43,322 nucleotides of DNA from NCBI RefSeq assembly GCF_001194135.2, contig NC_068984.1:66889227-66932548 (forward strand), in the 5' to 3' direction. Under the pieces are notes generated by a model that saw nothing but the letters and a program-made list of their open reading frames with translations, did no database searches and was not told the origin of the DNA. Shown here piece by piece: positions 24,234-34,925 of the stretch. Source of the stretch: Octopus bimaculoides. Taxonomy: Eukaryota. A program made the translations under genes and the position numbers. Position 1 is the stretch's first letter. Each line of letters opens with the position of its first letter.

Positions 24234-24526
24234 ATGTGTTGGTGTGAATATGCATTGTTTGGGTTGTCTATCTCTGTAATCATCTTGTGATGTTGTCATC
24301 TGTAGATTAACTATTTGAATATTCTTTACAACAAGTATATTCTTCCAAACAGCATAAGTTTGCTCAGGAGGTAAAGAACGGTTAATTGTAATGAATATTA
24401 AACAAGGTCACACCGAATCCCTTTGCCCTGATTTAATATGTTTGACCCTGTAGATATTAGGCCAAATAAAATGCATATATTACCAAATTCATGCTACATA
24501 CTTTAAACGTTTATGGGTGTAACATT

Positions 24527-24586
24527 ATAATGATAATAATAATGATAATAATAATAATAATAATGATAATAATAATAATAATAATG

Positions 24587-24643
<57 letters not shown>

Positions 24644-24706
24644 NNNNNNNNNNNNNNNNNNNNNNNNNNNNNNNNNNNNNNNNNNNNNNNNNNNNNNNNN
24701 NNNNNN

Positions 24707-24750
<44 letters not shown>
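24527..24750. repeat. (AAT)n tract, N gap (24644-24706), then (TA)n
   Basis: Direct reading. Confidence 0.95.
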
Positions 24751-24753
<3 letters not shown>

Positions 24754-25896
24754 CACCATGCATGCAAACTATACACATATGTACATTTGTGTGAGTGTGT
24801 GTGTATGTATGTGTGTACAGTATATGCATGTATGTGTATGCATATTATTATATATGTATGTATATATATATATCTATATATATGTGTGTGTGATTTTATA
24901 TATGTATATATATATACATATATATATATATACACACACACACATGCACACACATGTATATTTATATACAATAGATGCATATATATCGTACATATGAATG
25001 TGCACATTTGATTACAGAGAAAATCTTAGATAACTGCCACCTCACAGGAGTTCACAAGCAATAAACATTCATATAGAGCCAAAAATGTATTCAAAATACA
25101 AGGCCTTAGAAGAAGCATTTCTTTATTGACGAGTGATTTGGCCTCTAACTTATTGATATATTGATGGAATTAGCCTTTACAGTAAAAGGGGAATGAGAAA
25201 TAGTATTATACATTGGTAAAAGTTCTTCAGAGAAGCATTGATGAAAAATACTAATAATTAAAAGGATGATACATGGAAATTACACAATAATCAATAGAGT
25301 TTAAAAGTATCAATGCAAAATCGATGTTGAAGCAATATTTGATCAGATATTTCTGCATTTTAATAATTATGTAGAAAATCTTGAGGCTACACGTTCCTGG
25401 TTTCTTTTACAACAATTTCATTTAATATAAAGGGGTTGTGATTGGATTAGAAGAAATAAATCAATAAAAAACAGTAAGGCTGTTTAAATATGTTTGGCTT
25501 GAGTAGGTTCTTTTCTAAGACTTTGCTGAGAATATCAACTAATTGAATCCATCTGTTGCCAAACTCTCCTGCTAGCTTTTGTTTACCAAACACTGGGAGA
25601 TTTTCTACAATCATAATCTTTTCATCCTCAGATAGTTCTATGTTCTATAAATATAGATGCTAATGATTGAATATCAAATGTTTCTTCCTTTCAGTTTATA
25701 TAACAAGTGATATATTGTGCTTGTAGATGTGTGTGTGTGTGTATGTGTGTGTGTGTGCGTGTGTGTGAATACATATGTGTGTGTGTGCGTATTGTTTGTG
25801 TTTACGACCCAGTGTATGTGTGGCAGTGAATGTGCATTGTTTGTGTTATGTATCTCTGTAGTTTTCAAACTTTACTGAAATCTATACATAATTCTT

Positions 25897-25924
25897 AATA
25901 ATAATAATAATAACAATAATAATG

Positions 25925-25973
<49 letters not shown>

Positions 25974-26039
25974 CAATAACAATAATAATAATAATAATAA
26001 TAATGACAATAATAATGACAATAACAACAACAACAATAC

Positions 26040-26100
<61 letters not shown>
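25897..26100. repeat. ~200-bp (AAT)n tract with GAC/AAC variants
   Basis: Direct reading. Confidence 0.95.
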
Positions 26101-26101
<1 letters not shown>

Positions 26102-26346
26102 TGTTAAATAAAGAAAGTGAGATAAGAGAATTACAACAAACACAGGCATATAAATATTAAAGAATCAATGGACTAGACAATGTATAGGACACAGAAATGA
26201 AAGAAGAGATGAAGAAGGAATATTATAGGTACATTAGATTAATATTTAAAACAAAGCTAAATACTAAAAATAAAGTAAATAGGCATAATACTCAAGCTGT
26301 TCCCATCATAAATTATACTTGTAATATTTTCAATTTCAAAAAGAAC

Positions 26347-26379
<33 letters not shown>

Positions 26380-27295
26380 AGAAGAAGAAGAAAAGTAGCT
26401 AAATTTTGAATATACCATTCAAAATATGATACACACAGATTATATTTATCCTGAATAGAAGATAGAAGGAGTTAGTAGTGTTATCCAACTAGAAGAATAT
26501 TATAAAATGGTCACCATAGAAATACATGCACACCTAGTTAAAAACACTGAAAATCTAACACAAATAATTTGAAAATACAAACAAAAACAAGAAACTATTT
26601 TCTGTTTTGAAGGAAGCCAACAGATACTAAAGCAGAGACTGAAATGGCAATCAGTTATGAGGGAAAAGGAGAAACCAAAACAGAAATGGTGGAAAAAGCT
26701 GAAAGTGAAGCTAAATGTGGCGCTGCAAAATACCATGCTAAAGTGATTGTAAGAAAAACTCCAGCATGGCCAACACCTTAAAAGTGTGAAACTCAACAAA
26801 GAAAATTTTGTAGAACTAACTAGAGCACAGAATTCAAAGATGGCACCGAGGATTTTTTTTATTGCAGCTCAGGATAAGATAAGAGCCATCCTGCTGAAAC
26901 CACCAAAAGCATGTAATGAAGCAGAATATATTAGTAACAACAGAATGTAGAGGTTAGGAAGAAAAATTAGCTATACTATCATTGGCTGCCTAGACTAAGC
27001 CAAGTTAAAATAATCTATAAGTATAACAGAATCAATTTTAATTCTAGCATTATAAAATACCAACTGATAAAAGTTGGTATAAACATACATGAGAAAATGT
27101 CATTAGATGTCTTCGAGACATCTATCAAGGCAGACAGAGGAATCAAGACCTATCTGTCAGATAATATCATCAAGGTCTGCCAGAAAATAGAAGTGTCTTC
27201 TAATCAATGTACCAATCCCAAAACGATGATGATTCAAGCTCAAAGAAATAGAGAAATTATTCAGATACCGAGATTTGGAAATGGATGAAATGAAT
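26101..27295 (+). mobile_element. Decayed R4/Dong-clade (RLE-type) non-LTR retrotransposon, 5'-truncated C-terminal part
   Basis: Broken-frame motifs: EIRELQQTQAYKY, MKEEMKKEYYRYIRLIFKTKLNTKNKV, TQAVPII, FIAAQD (~26858-26875), CLLINVPIP, KxIEKLFRYRDLEM (RLE region). Many stops and frameshifts; (GA)/(GAA)n insertion at ~26348-26392. Confidence 0.75.
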
Positions 27296-27322
27296 GTGAG
27301 GAATGAAAACAGAAACAGTCCA

Positions 27323-27527
27323 AATATTGGTTTCCGATTTTGGCACATGACCAGTAAATTTAGGGGTGTGATTAAGTCAATTACAACGTCCTCAGTACTC
27401 AACTGGTACTTATTTCACTGAACCCCAAAAAGATGGAAAGCAAAGTCGACATTAGTGGAATTTGAACTCATAAATGCTGCTAAGCATTTTGCCTGGCATA
27501 GTAACAATTCTGCCAGTTCACCACCTT
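27323..27527 (-). mobile_element. SINE family A
   Basis: TTGGTTTCCGATTTTGGCACA…CAAAGTCGAC…GAATTTGAACTC…CTGCCAGTTCACCACCTT. Confidence 0.85.
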
Positions 27528-27579
27528 AAATCAATCCAAATATTAATAGTTTTCTTGGGTATGTTCAAAAAGCTAGGCA

Positions 27580-27745
27580 CTGGCATGGTTGTGCTATTTA
27601 GAAGCTTGCTTCCCAATCAAGTTGTTTTGGGTTCAATACCAATGTGTGACTCCTTGGTCAAGTGTCTTCTACTACAGCCATGATTTGACTGAAACCTTGA
27701 TAAGTGGATTTAGTAAACAGAAACTGAGAGAAGCCTGTTGTGTCT
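27580..27745 (+). mobile_element. SINE family B head
   Basis: AGAAGCTTGCTTCCCAA…GGGTTCAATACC…CAAGTGTCTTCTACTA…AGTGGATTTAGTAAACAGAAACTGA. Confidence 0.8.
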
Positions 27746-27921
27746 CTGTGTATGTATGCTTGTATATATATATATATAATTTTTAATTTGTGTGAATGCA
27801 TATAGAATAATATATCAGTTGAATAAAGTTAAAACATAGTCTGGTTTTCACGTTTTTATTATGGCATTTTAACATTAAAAAAATTATTTTATAATGCTCA
27901 TAAAATTAGATTAGCACTTTC

Positions 27922-28063
27922 ATATATAGTGTACTCACCAGATTTCAAATGTGTTTAACTGACAGTTGAGTTCTTCACAACTTTAGTTCTAAGAGGTACT
28001 AAAGTTGTGAAGAACTCAACTGTCAGTTAAACACATTTGAAATCTGATGAGTACACCATATAT
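27922..28063. repeat. Near-perfect inverted repeat: 66-bp arms, 10-nt loop
   Basis: 27922-27987 is the reverse complement of 27998-28063 with 2 mismatches; loop TCTAAGAGGT. Confidence 0.95.
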
Positions 28064-28885
28064 CCCGAAAGGATGAAAGGCAAAGTCGACCTTGGTGGAA
28101 TGTGAACTCAGAGAATAAAGATGAATGAAATGCCACTAAGCATTTTGCCTGGCACGCTAATGACTCTGCCAGTTCGCCACCTTATAGATAATTATAATTC
28201 TTTCTGCAAAAGGCATATGGCCTGAAATTTGGAGGGAGAGGACTGGACTAGTTGATTACATCAAACCCATTGTTTCACTACTACTTAATTTATTAACCCT
28301 GAAAGGATGAAAGGCAAAGTCAAAGTCGGCAGAATTTGAGCTCAGAACATAAGGATAGACGAAATGCCGCTCAGCATTTTGTCCAGCATGTTAACAATTC
28401 TGCCAGCTTGCTGCCTTCATAATGAAAAATTGATAATAAGGGTTTCAAATTTTTGTCACAAAGGCAGCCATTTTGGGAGAGAGGATGAGTTGATTACATC
28501 ACCCAGCGTTTAACTGGTACTTAATTTATTGGCCCCGAAAGGATGAAAGGCAAGGTCGACCATGGTGGAATTTGAACTTAGAACATAAGGACAGAGGCAA
28601 TGTTGCTAAGCATCTTGCCTGGCAAGCTAACTATTTTGCCAGTTTTCTGCCTTCATAATAATAATGATAATGATGATGATGATGATAACAACAACAACAA
28701 CAATAATATTGGTTTCAGATTTAGGCACTTGGCTAACAGTTTTGATTGGTGGTAGGGTTATCAATAACATTAACTAAAGTTATTGACTGGTACTCAGAGG
28801 CAGGAAAGACAAAGTTGACTTCAACTGGATTTCAACTCTGAATATAAGGATCCAAAAGAAATACCTCATAGCATTTTATGATGCT
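28064..28885 (-). mobile_element. Head-to-tail array of four family A SINEs (28064-28183 truncated, 28197-28417, 28436-28653, ~28706-28885)
   Basis: GAAAGGATGAAAGGCAAAGTC…GAACTCAG…CTGCCAG…CCTT repeats, separated by AAT/GAT/AAC spacers. Confidence 0.85.
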
Positions 28886-28894
28886 CTAATGATG

Positions 28895-28906
28895 TTGACA
28901 ATAATG

Positions 28907-28970
<64 letters not shown>

Positions 28971-28980
28971 TAATAATATC
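28895..28980. repeat. (AAT)n tract
   Basis: Direct reading. Confidence 0.95.
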
Positions 28981-28981
28981 A

Positions 28982-29378
28982 GGCAGTGGCTCTCATGGCT
29001 TCTGATCTTAAGAGATTGCAAGTGCTATCATGTACATTGTTTTGTCTTGGTATAAAAGATGGGCTACAACAAATATTCTGCTCAGTACCACAGATTTGCT
29101 TGTCAGTTGTTTGACCTTAACCAGTTGAGCATGTCTCTTAGTGGCTGACGATATGTGCATCTCTGATCACAAATTGAGATAGTGGGGGAGCACCATAGCC
29201 ATGTATTGTGAGGAATTCTTTGGGGTTTGGATAATTCACCTTTGGAAACATGGATGTTTTGCTCATCATCCTCAAGCAACGCTTACTCAGGGACCTTTTG
29301 AGTGGGATGGGCTACTCAACCTGAAGAAAATTCTAACTGGGCCCCCACCTGCAGGGTCATGCACTGCTCTCTCACTCG
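28982..29378 (+). mobile_element. Family G element (non-coding, (AAT)n-flanked), internally deleted
   Basis: Collinear with 29446-29622 and with the reverse complement of 31277-31815; ends CTCTCTCACTCG followed by (ATA)n. Confidence 0.85.
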
Positions 29379-29416
<38 letters not shown>

Positions 29417-29440
29417 TATTATTATTATTATTATTATTAT
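29379..29440. repeat. (AAT)n-(ATT)n junction forming a perfect 50-bp palindrome (29391-29440)
   Basis: Centre …AATAA|TTATT… between 29415 and 29416. Confidence 0.9.
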
Positions 29441-29445
29441 AATAA

Positions 29446-29622
29446 ATGCCCAGATGCAGTACCAGGCATTGGTTCTCATGGCTTCTGATCATAATTGATT
29501 GGAAGTGTTATCATGTACATTGTTTTGTCTTGGTATAAAAGATGGGCTACAGCAAATATTCTGCTTAATACCACAGATTTGCTTGTCAGGTGTTTGACCT
29601 TAACCAGTTGAGCATGTCCCTT
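29446..29622 (+). mobile_element. Family G element, cut by the gap 29623-30463
   Basis: ATGCCCAGATGCAGTACCAGGC…GATGGGCTACAGCAAATATTCTGC…CAGTTGAGCATGTCCCTT. Confidence 0.85.
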
Positions 29623-30557
29623 NNNNNNNNNNNNNNNNNNNNNNNNNNNNNNNNNNNNNNNNNNNNNNNNNNNNNNNNNNNNNNNNNNNNNNNNNNNNNN
29701 NNNNNNNNNNNNNNNNNNNNNNNNNNNNNNNNNNNNNNNNNNNNNNNNNNNNNNNNNNNNNNNNNNNNNNNNNNNNNNNNNNNNNNNNNNNNNNNNNNNN
29801 NNNNNNNNNNNNNNNNNNNNNNNNNNNNNNNNNNNNNNNNNNNNNNNNNNNNNNNNNNNNNNNNNNNNNNNNNNNNNNNNNNNNNNNNNNNNNNNNNNNN
29901 NNNNNNNNNNNNNNNNNNNNNNNNNNNNNNNNNNNNNNNNNNNNNNNNNNNNNNNNNNNNNNNNNNNNNNNNNNNNNNNNNNNNNNNNNNNNNNNNNNNN
30001 NNNNNNNNNNNNNNNNNNNNNNNNNNNNNNNNNNNNNNNNNNNNNNNNNNNNNNNNNNNNNNNNNNNNNNNNNNNNNNNNNNNNNNNNNNNNNNNNNNNN
30101 NNNNNNNNNNNNNNNNNNNNNNNNNNNNNNNNNNNNNNNNNNNNNNNNNNNNNNNNNNNNNNNNNNNNNNNNNNNNNNNNNNNNNNNNNNNNNNNNNNNN
30201 NNNNNNNNNNNNNNNNNNNNNNNNNNNNNNNNNNNNNNNNNNNNNNNNNNNNNNNNNNNNNNNNNNNNNNNNNNNNNNNNNNNNNNNNNNNNNNNNNNNN
30301 NNNNNNNNNNNNNNNNNNNNNNNNNNNNNNNNNNNNNNNNNNNNNNNNNNNNNNNNNNNNNNNNNNNNNNNNNNNNNNNNNNNNNNNNNNNNNNNNNNNN
30401 NNNNNNNNNNNNNNNNNNNNNNNNNNNNNNNNNNNNNNNNNNNNNNNNNNNNNNNNNNNNNNNAGAGGGAAGAAGAGATTTAAGAGAGGAAGGAAAAGAA
30501 TAAAAGTTGTCAAGACATGAAAAATAAATCTTTCGTTAATTTATTGTATGTAAAGAA

Positions 30558-30559
<2 letters not shown>

Positions 30560-30601
<42 letters not shown>

Positions 30602-30682
30602 GTTATTATTATTGTTATTATTATCCTCTTCCTCTTCATCATCATCATCATCATAATTATCATTATGATTATTACTATTAAT
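30560..30682. repeat. (TTA)n/(CAT)n compound microsatellite
   Basis: Direct reading. Confidence 0.9.
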
Positions 30683-31043
30683 ATTTTTTGCGTTCTTGAC
30701 TTAGGATTGACCTTATTTCTGATAGAAATTATGTGGGTAGTGGTTTACTACCTATAACCTTAGATATCCACTTGATTTCAATAGGGTGTTCAGTGCTCAA
30801 AAACTTTCTGGTAATCTCCCCTGTTTCTAGGAGACAGACCTTCTGTAGAAGCTCTACAGGATACTCAATTTCAGTCACCTCTATCTCTTTGTCTGTTTCA
30901 TCTTGCACAGTCCTTAACACACTGAACCTGAGGAAGACAGACATAGTATTGAATTATTTTTCAATTCAATATACAGTGTCAATATTTTTCCTAAATTGCA
31001 TCACACTCTTCTTTCTTTTCTTATCATCATCATCATCATTATT

Positions 31044-31260
31044 AAGGTGGTGAGCTGGCAGAATCATTTTCACGCTGGACAAAATACTTTGTGCCATTTT
31101 GTCTTTGCATTCTGAGTTCCAATTAGGCCAAGGTGGACTTTGCCTTTCATCCTTTTGGAGTTAATAAAATAAGTACTAGCTGAGCACTGGGGTCAATGTA
31201 ATCGACCTGCCTCATCCCACTCAAATTACTGGCCTTATGCCAAAAACCGGAACCGTTATT
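31044..31260 (+). mobile_element. SINE family A, full length
   Basis: AAGGTGGTGAGCTGGCAGAATC…GAGTTCCAATT…CTTTGCCTTTCATCC…GGGGTCAATGTAATCGAC…ACCGTTATT. Confidence 0.85.
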
Positions 31261-31276
31261 ATTAATATGATTACTG

Positions 31277-31815
31277 AGCGAGATAGCAGTGCATGTTACC
31301 AAAGTGATACTGGGATACAAATATATGAAACCCAATATATGCATCATGACTACCCATCTGATAAGGGTACACCAGGTACATGCATCACAACCATATGTGC
31401 ATGGTGATTTCTTCTCATGATAAACAGAGCATGACCTTGCAGGTTAGAATTTTCTTCAGGCTGAGCGGCCCAACCCACTCAAAAGGTCCCTGAATAAGGG
31501 TTGTTTAAGGATGATGAATGAAGCACTCATGTTTCCAGAGGTGAATTATTCAAGCTCCAAAGACTTCCTCTCAACACATGGGCATGATGCTCCCCCATTG
31601 CTTGTGGGAAGAGATGCACATATCATCAGATACTAAGGGAATACTCAATTGGTTATGGTCAAGCAATTGAGAAGTAAATCTGTGGTAATGAGCATAATAT
31701 TTTACTGTTGCCCATTTTTTACACCAAGAGAAAACATTTACATGTTGACACTTCCAATCAGTTATGCTCAGAAGCCATGAGAACCACTGCTTGGCCATGA
31801 GAACCACAACCTTCT
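31277..31815 (-). mobile_element. Family G element, longest copy (~540 bp), opposite orientation
   Basis: Reverse complement of 28982-29378 plus a ~140-bp segment missing there. Confidence 0.85.
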
Positions 31816-31952
31816 TCTTCTTCTTCTTCTTCATCTTCATCATCATCATCATCGTCATCGTCATCGTCATCATCGTCATCATCATCATCATTATCATCGT
31901 TGTTGTTGTTGTTGTTGTTGTTGTTGTTATTGTTATTGTTATTACTATTATT
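31812..31952. repeat. Compound trinucleotide tract (TTC)n-(ATC)n-(GTC/ATC)-(GTT)n-(ATT)n
   Basis: Direct reading. Confidence 0.95.
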
Positions 31953-32165
31953 AAGGCGGTGAGCTGGCAAACTCATTATTAGAATGGATGAAATGCTTAG
32001 CTGTATTTTGCCTGTTGCTACATTCCGAGTTCCAATTCCACCGAGGTTAACTTTGCCTTTCATCCTTTCGGGGTCAATAAATTAAGTAACAGTGAAACAC
32101 TGGGGTCGGTGGAATCTACTTAATCCCCTCCACCAAGCTGCCCTTGTGGCAAAAATTTGAAATCA
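31953..32165 (+). mobile_element. SINE family A, full length, followed by (ATC)n-(ATT)n to 32266
   Basis: AAGGCGGTGAGCTGGCAA…GAGTTCCAATTCCACCGAGGTTAACTTTGCCTTTCATCCTTTCGGGGTCAATAAATTAAG. Confidence 0.88.
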
Positions 32166-32210
32166 TTATCATCATCATCATCATCATCATCATTGTCATC
32201 ATCATCATCA

Positions 32211-32266
<56 letters not shown>

Positions 32267-32269
32267 TTC

Positions 32270-33700
32270 CAACAGTAAAGCTTCTGGACAAGGCAGTATT
32301 CTCATAGAAGTGTACAACTTTGGGTGGTAGACAGTTCTTAAGAAAGCTGTGCAAATTGATGCTTTTGATCTGGGAAACTAGATCTGTTCAAATATGCATC
32401 TATAATGCACTTAGACAAAAACAAAAGGTGTATGTGATAAACAGCAGAATAAGTTGTTTGTGCATAGTTGGAAAAATTATTGTGAGGGTGATTCTTAACC
32501 ACATCAATAAGCATGTAAATAAATTGCATGTATCCTGAATCCCAATGTGAATTTCAAGCTGGGAAAAAGCACAGCTGATATGATTTTTGCTCTTAGACAA
32601 GTCCAAAAGAAAAGCACTTGAGTAAAATACTGACTTGTACATGGCCTTTGTCAACTTGACCAAGGCATTTGATACCGTGAATTGTGAGGTGCTTTGGAAA
32701 ATTTTGTGTAAAGTTGGTCTTCCTGATAAAATGATAAGAGTAAAAGTATCTTTGTACAAAGGAACAGTGATATCTAACAGTCAATGTTCAGAGGTATTTT
32801 CTGTTTCCACTGGTACTAAACAATGCTGTGTTTTAGCTTCTGTGCTTTTTGCCACATCCTTTTCAATGATACTTCAACATGCTTTCAAGGATTACCATGA
32901 AGGTGTAAAATTTCAGTTTTGTACAGATTGAGGTCTACTAAATCTAAATGGTCAAAACTATGGATAAAAAAAAAAGAAAAAAGCTAAGGCAGAAATTCTA
33001 TGCAATTTTGGATGATGCTACTTCTGGATTATGAGACTGACACAATGCCTACTCTGCTACCAAGGCGTCCTGTTTACTGATGATTCTACTTTGATTTCTT
33101 CTACATTTGAAGGAATTTGGGAAGTAGTCAACAGGAAGATTGTGCATTTGGACTAACTACTAGAATTAAAAGGACTGAAGTTTTATTCTAACCAAAGCCT
33201 GGGACACAACATACTCAAGATCTATTTGTGATGATTGACAATAAGCCACTCAAATGGGTCAGGTCATTCAAATATCTTGGAGGTATACTAAACTGTAAGA
33301 GGACTCTTGATAATAAAATCAATGTTAGAATATCTAAGGCTATTAGTGCTTTTGGAAAACCACTCCATTGTTTGTGAGATGAACATGATGTCAAGCACAC
33401 TTTTGTATGAAGTAAAAGCATGTACTCCCTACTACAGACATATAAAGAAACTTGGAACCTTTCACATACACTATCTGTGCAATATCTGCAGCATAAAATG
33501 GTACGACAAGATATGAAATGCCAAAAGTTTAGAAAAACGTGATTTCTCCAGGATTAAAAGAATGCTGTAGAGAATTTAGTGCAGGTAGGTAGGACATGTT
33601 TAAATCCAAGATGATTGCATTCCAAGAATATTTTAGTGTGGCTGACAAGTAGAAGGATTCCATAGTAAAAGACGACCTCTGTTAAGGTAAGTTGAAATAT
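32270..33700 (+). mobile_element. Decayed RTE (BovB-like) LINE reverse transcriptase fragment
   Basis: Broken-frame RT motifs: PESQC, ADMIFALRQVQ, YMAFVNLTKAFDTVN, TGTKQCCVLASVLF, FKYLGG, YRHIKKLGTFH, IKWYDKI. Confidence 0.88.
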
Positions 33701-34350
33701 GCATAAAAATTCCTACAGCTTAATTTAACATCTTGGGTAAGTTATTGCTTAGATTGATCTAATTGGTGTAAAATGCTTCATGATGCATCTGAACAATTTG
33801 ATTTGAAGTAACAGAACAATAAAAGAACTTTATCCTGTAATCAATAGAGATATTTGCTGAATCTCAGGCAAAAACAAAATCATCATTTTACTCATTATGA
33901 TTAATCCTTTTCTTCTTTTTTAAATCCTTTTCTTCAAACACTCATGCATCAGAATTGATGGTAGTGACCATCACATTATTATCAGCATTATTATTAGAGG
34001 TAGTAGATTGGCAGAAATGGCAGTGTACAGACAAATGCCTTGTAGTATTTAGTGATGGCTTTATATTTTGATTTTAAATCAAACTGAGATAACAGTGTTG
34101 ACATTCATCATTCTGAGATCAATGAAATATATACCAGCAGAATTTTAAGGTCTATATCATTGTATATATTATATTCCTCTATCAAGAATATTTGGCCTAG
34201 TGCCTATTTTAAAAATTATCTCTTCTGACACTACAATCAAATTAACTACACCTGTTACTGCATTAAGTTCACCAATTTGGGATCAGAAACTCTACATTGT
34301 CATTTGCAATATCATAAAGATGAATCCACTAAGTATATTGTATATATTAT

Positions 34351-34615
34351 AATAAATAAATAAATAAATGTGCCCTTTTAAAGCCTAGCCAGGCTTATGG
34401 CCCGGTTTCCCGGTTTCAATGGCATATGTGTTCCCCAGTTGGATGGGATGCCAGTCCATCACAGCGTTACTCATCTTTGCTAGCTGAGTGGACTGGAGCA
34501 ATGTGAAATGAAGTGTTTTGCTCAAGAACATAACGCATCGCCCAGTCCAAGAATCGAAACCACAATCTTACGATCATGATGCTGACACCCTAACCACTAA
34601 GCCACGCGCTTCCAC
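34351..34615 (-). mobile_element. tRNA-derived SINE with CORE-like and V-domain-like modules, (ATTT)n tail
   Basis: Minus strand GTGGAAGCGCGTGGCTTAGTGGTTAGGG…GGTTTCGATTC…TGTGATGGACTGGCATCCCATCC; homologous to 37111-37362. Confidence 0.85.
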
Positions 34616-34617
34616 AT

Positions 34618-34675
<58 letters not shown>

Positions 34676-34726
34676 CATACACCTACAAATATACATACAT
34701 ACATACATACATACATACATACACAT

Positions 34727-34925
34727 GTGTGTTTGCGTATGTGTTTCTCCCACTTTCAACACTTCCCAACTGGTGTTATTTTCTTTACATCTCCATGACT
34801 TAGTGATTCAACAAAGGACATTAAGAGACTAAGTACCGAACTTTAAAAAATAAGTACTGGGGATGATTTGTTCACCAAAACTTTTCAAGGCATTGCCCCA
34901 GTAAGGTTGCAGTTTAGGTGAATAA
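34727..34925 (+). mobile_element. SINE family B type-1 tail, decayed
   Basis: ACATCTCCATGACTTAG…AAGTACC…AATAAGTACTGGGGATGATTTG. Confidence 0.6.

Noticed and set aside
25060-25600. Possible decayed transposase or LINE coding remnant
   Set aside because: No motif could be read confidently in any frame.
28045-28070. CTGATGA…GAAA in the hairpin's right arm as a working hammerhead
   Set aside because: The intervening sequence cannot form stem II, and the GAAA belongs to the adjacent SINE.
28064-28885. CRISPR-like repeat-spacer array
   Set aside because: The units are ~200-bp diverged SINE copies in eukaryotic DNA, with no identical short repeats and no cas genes.
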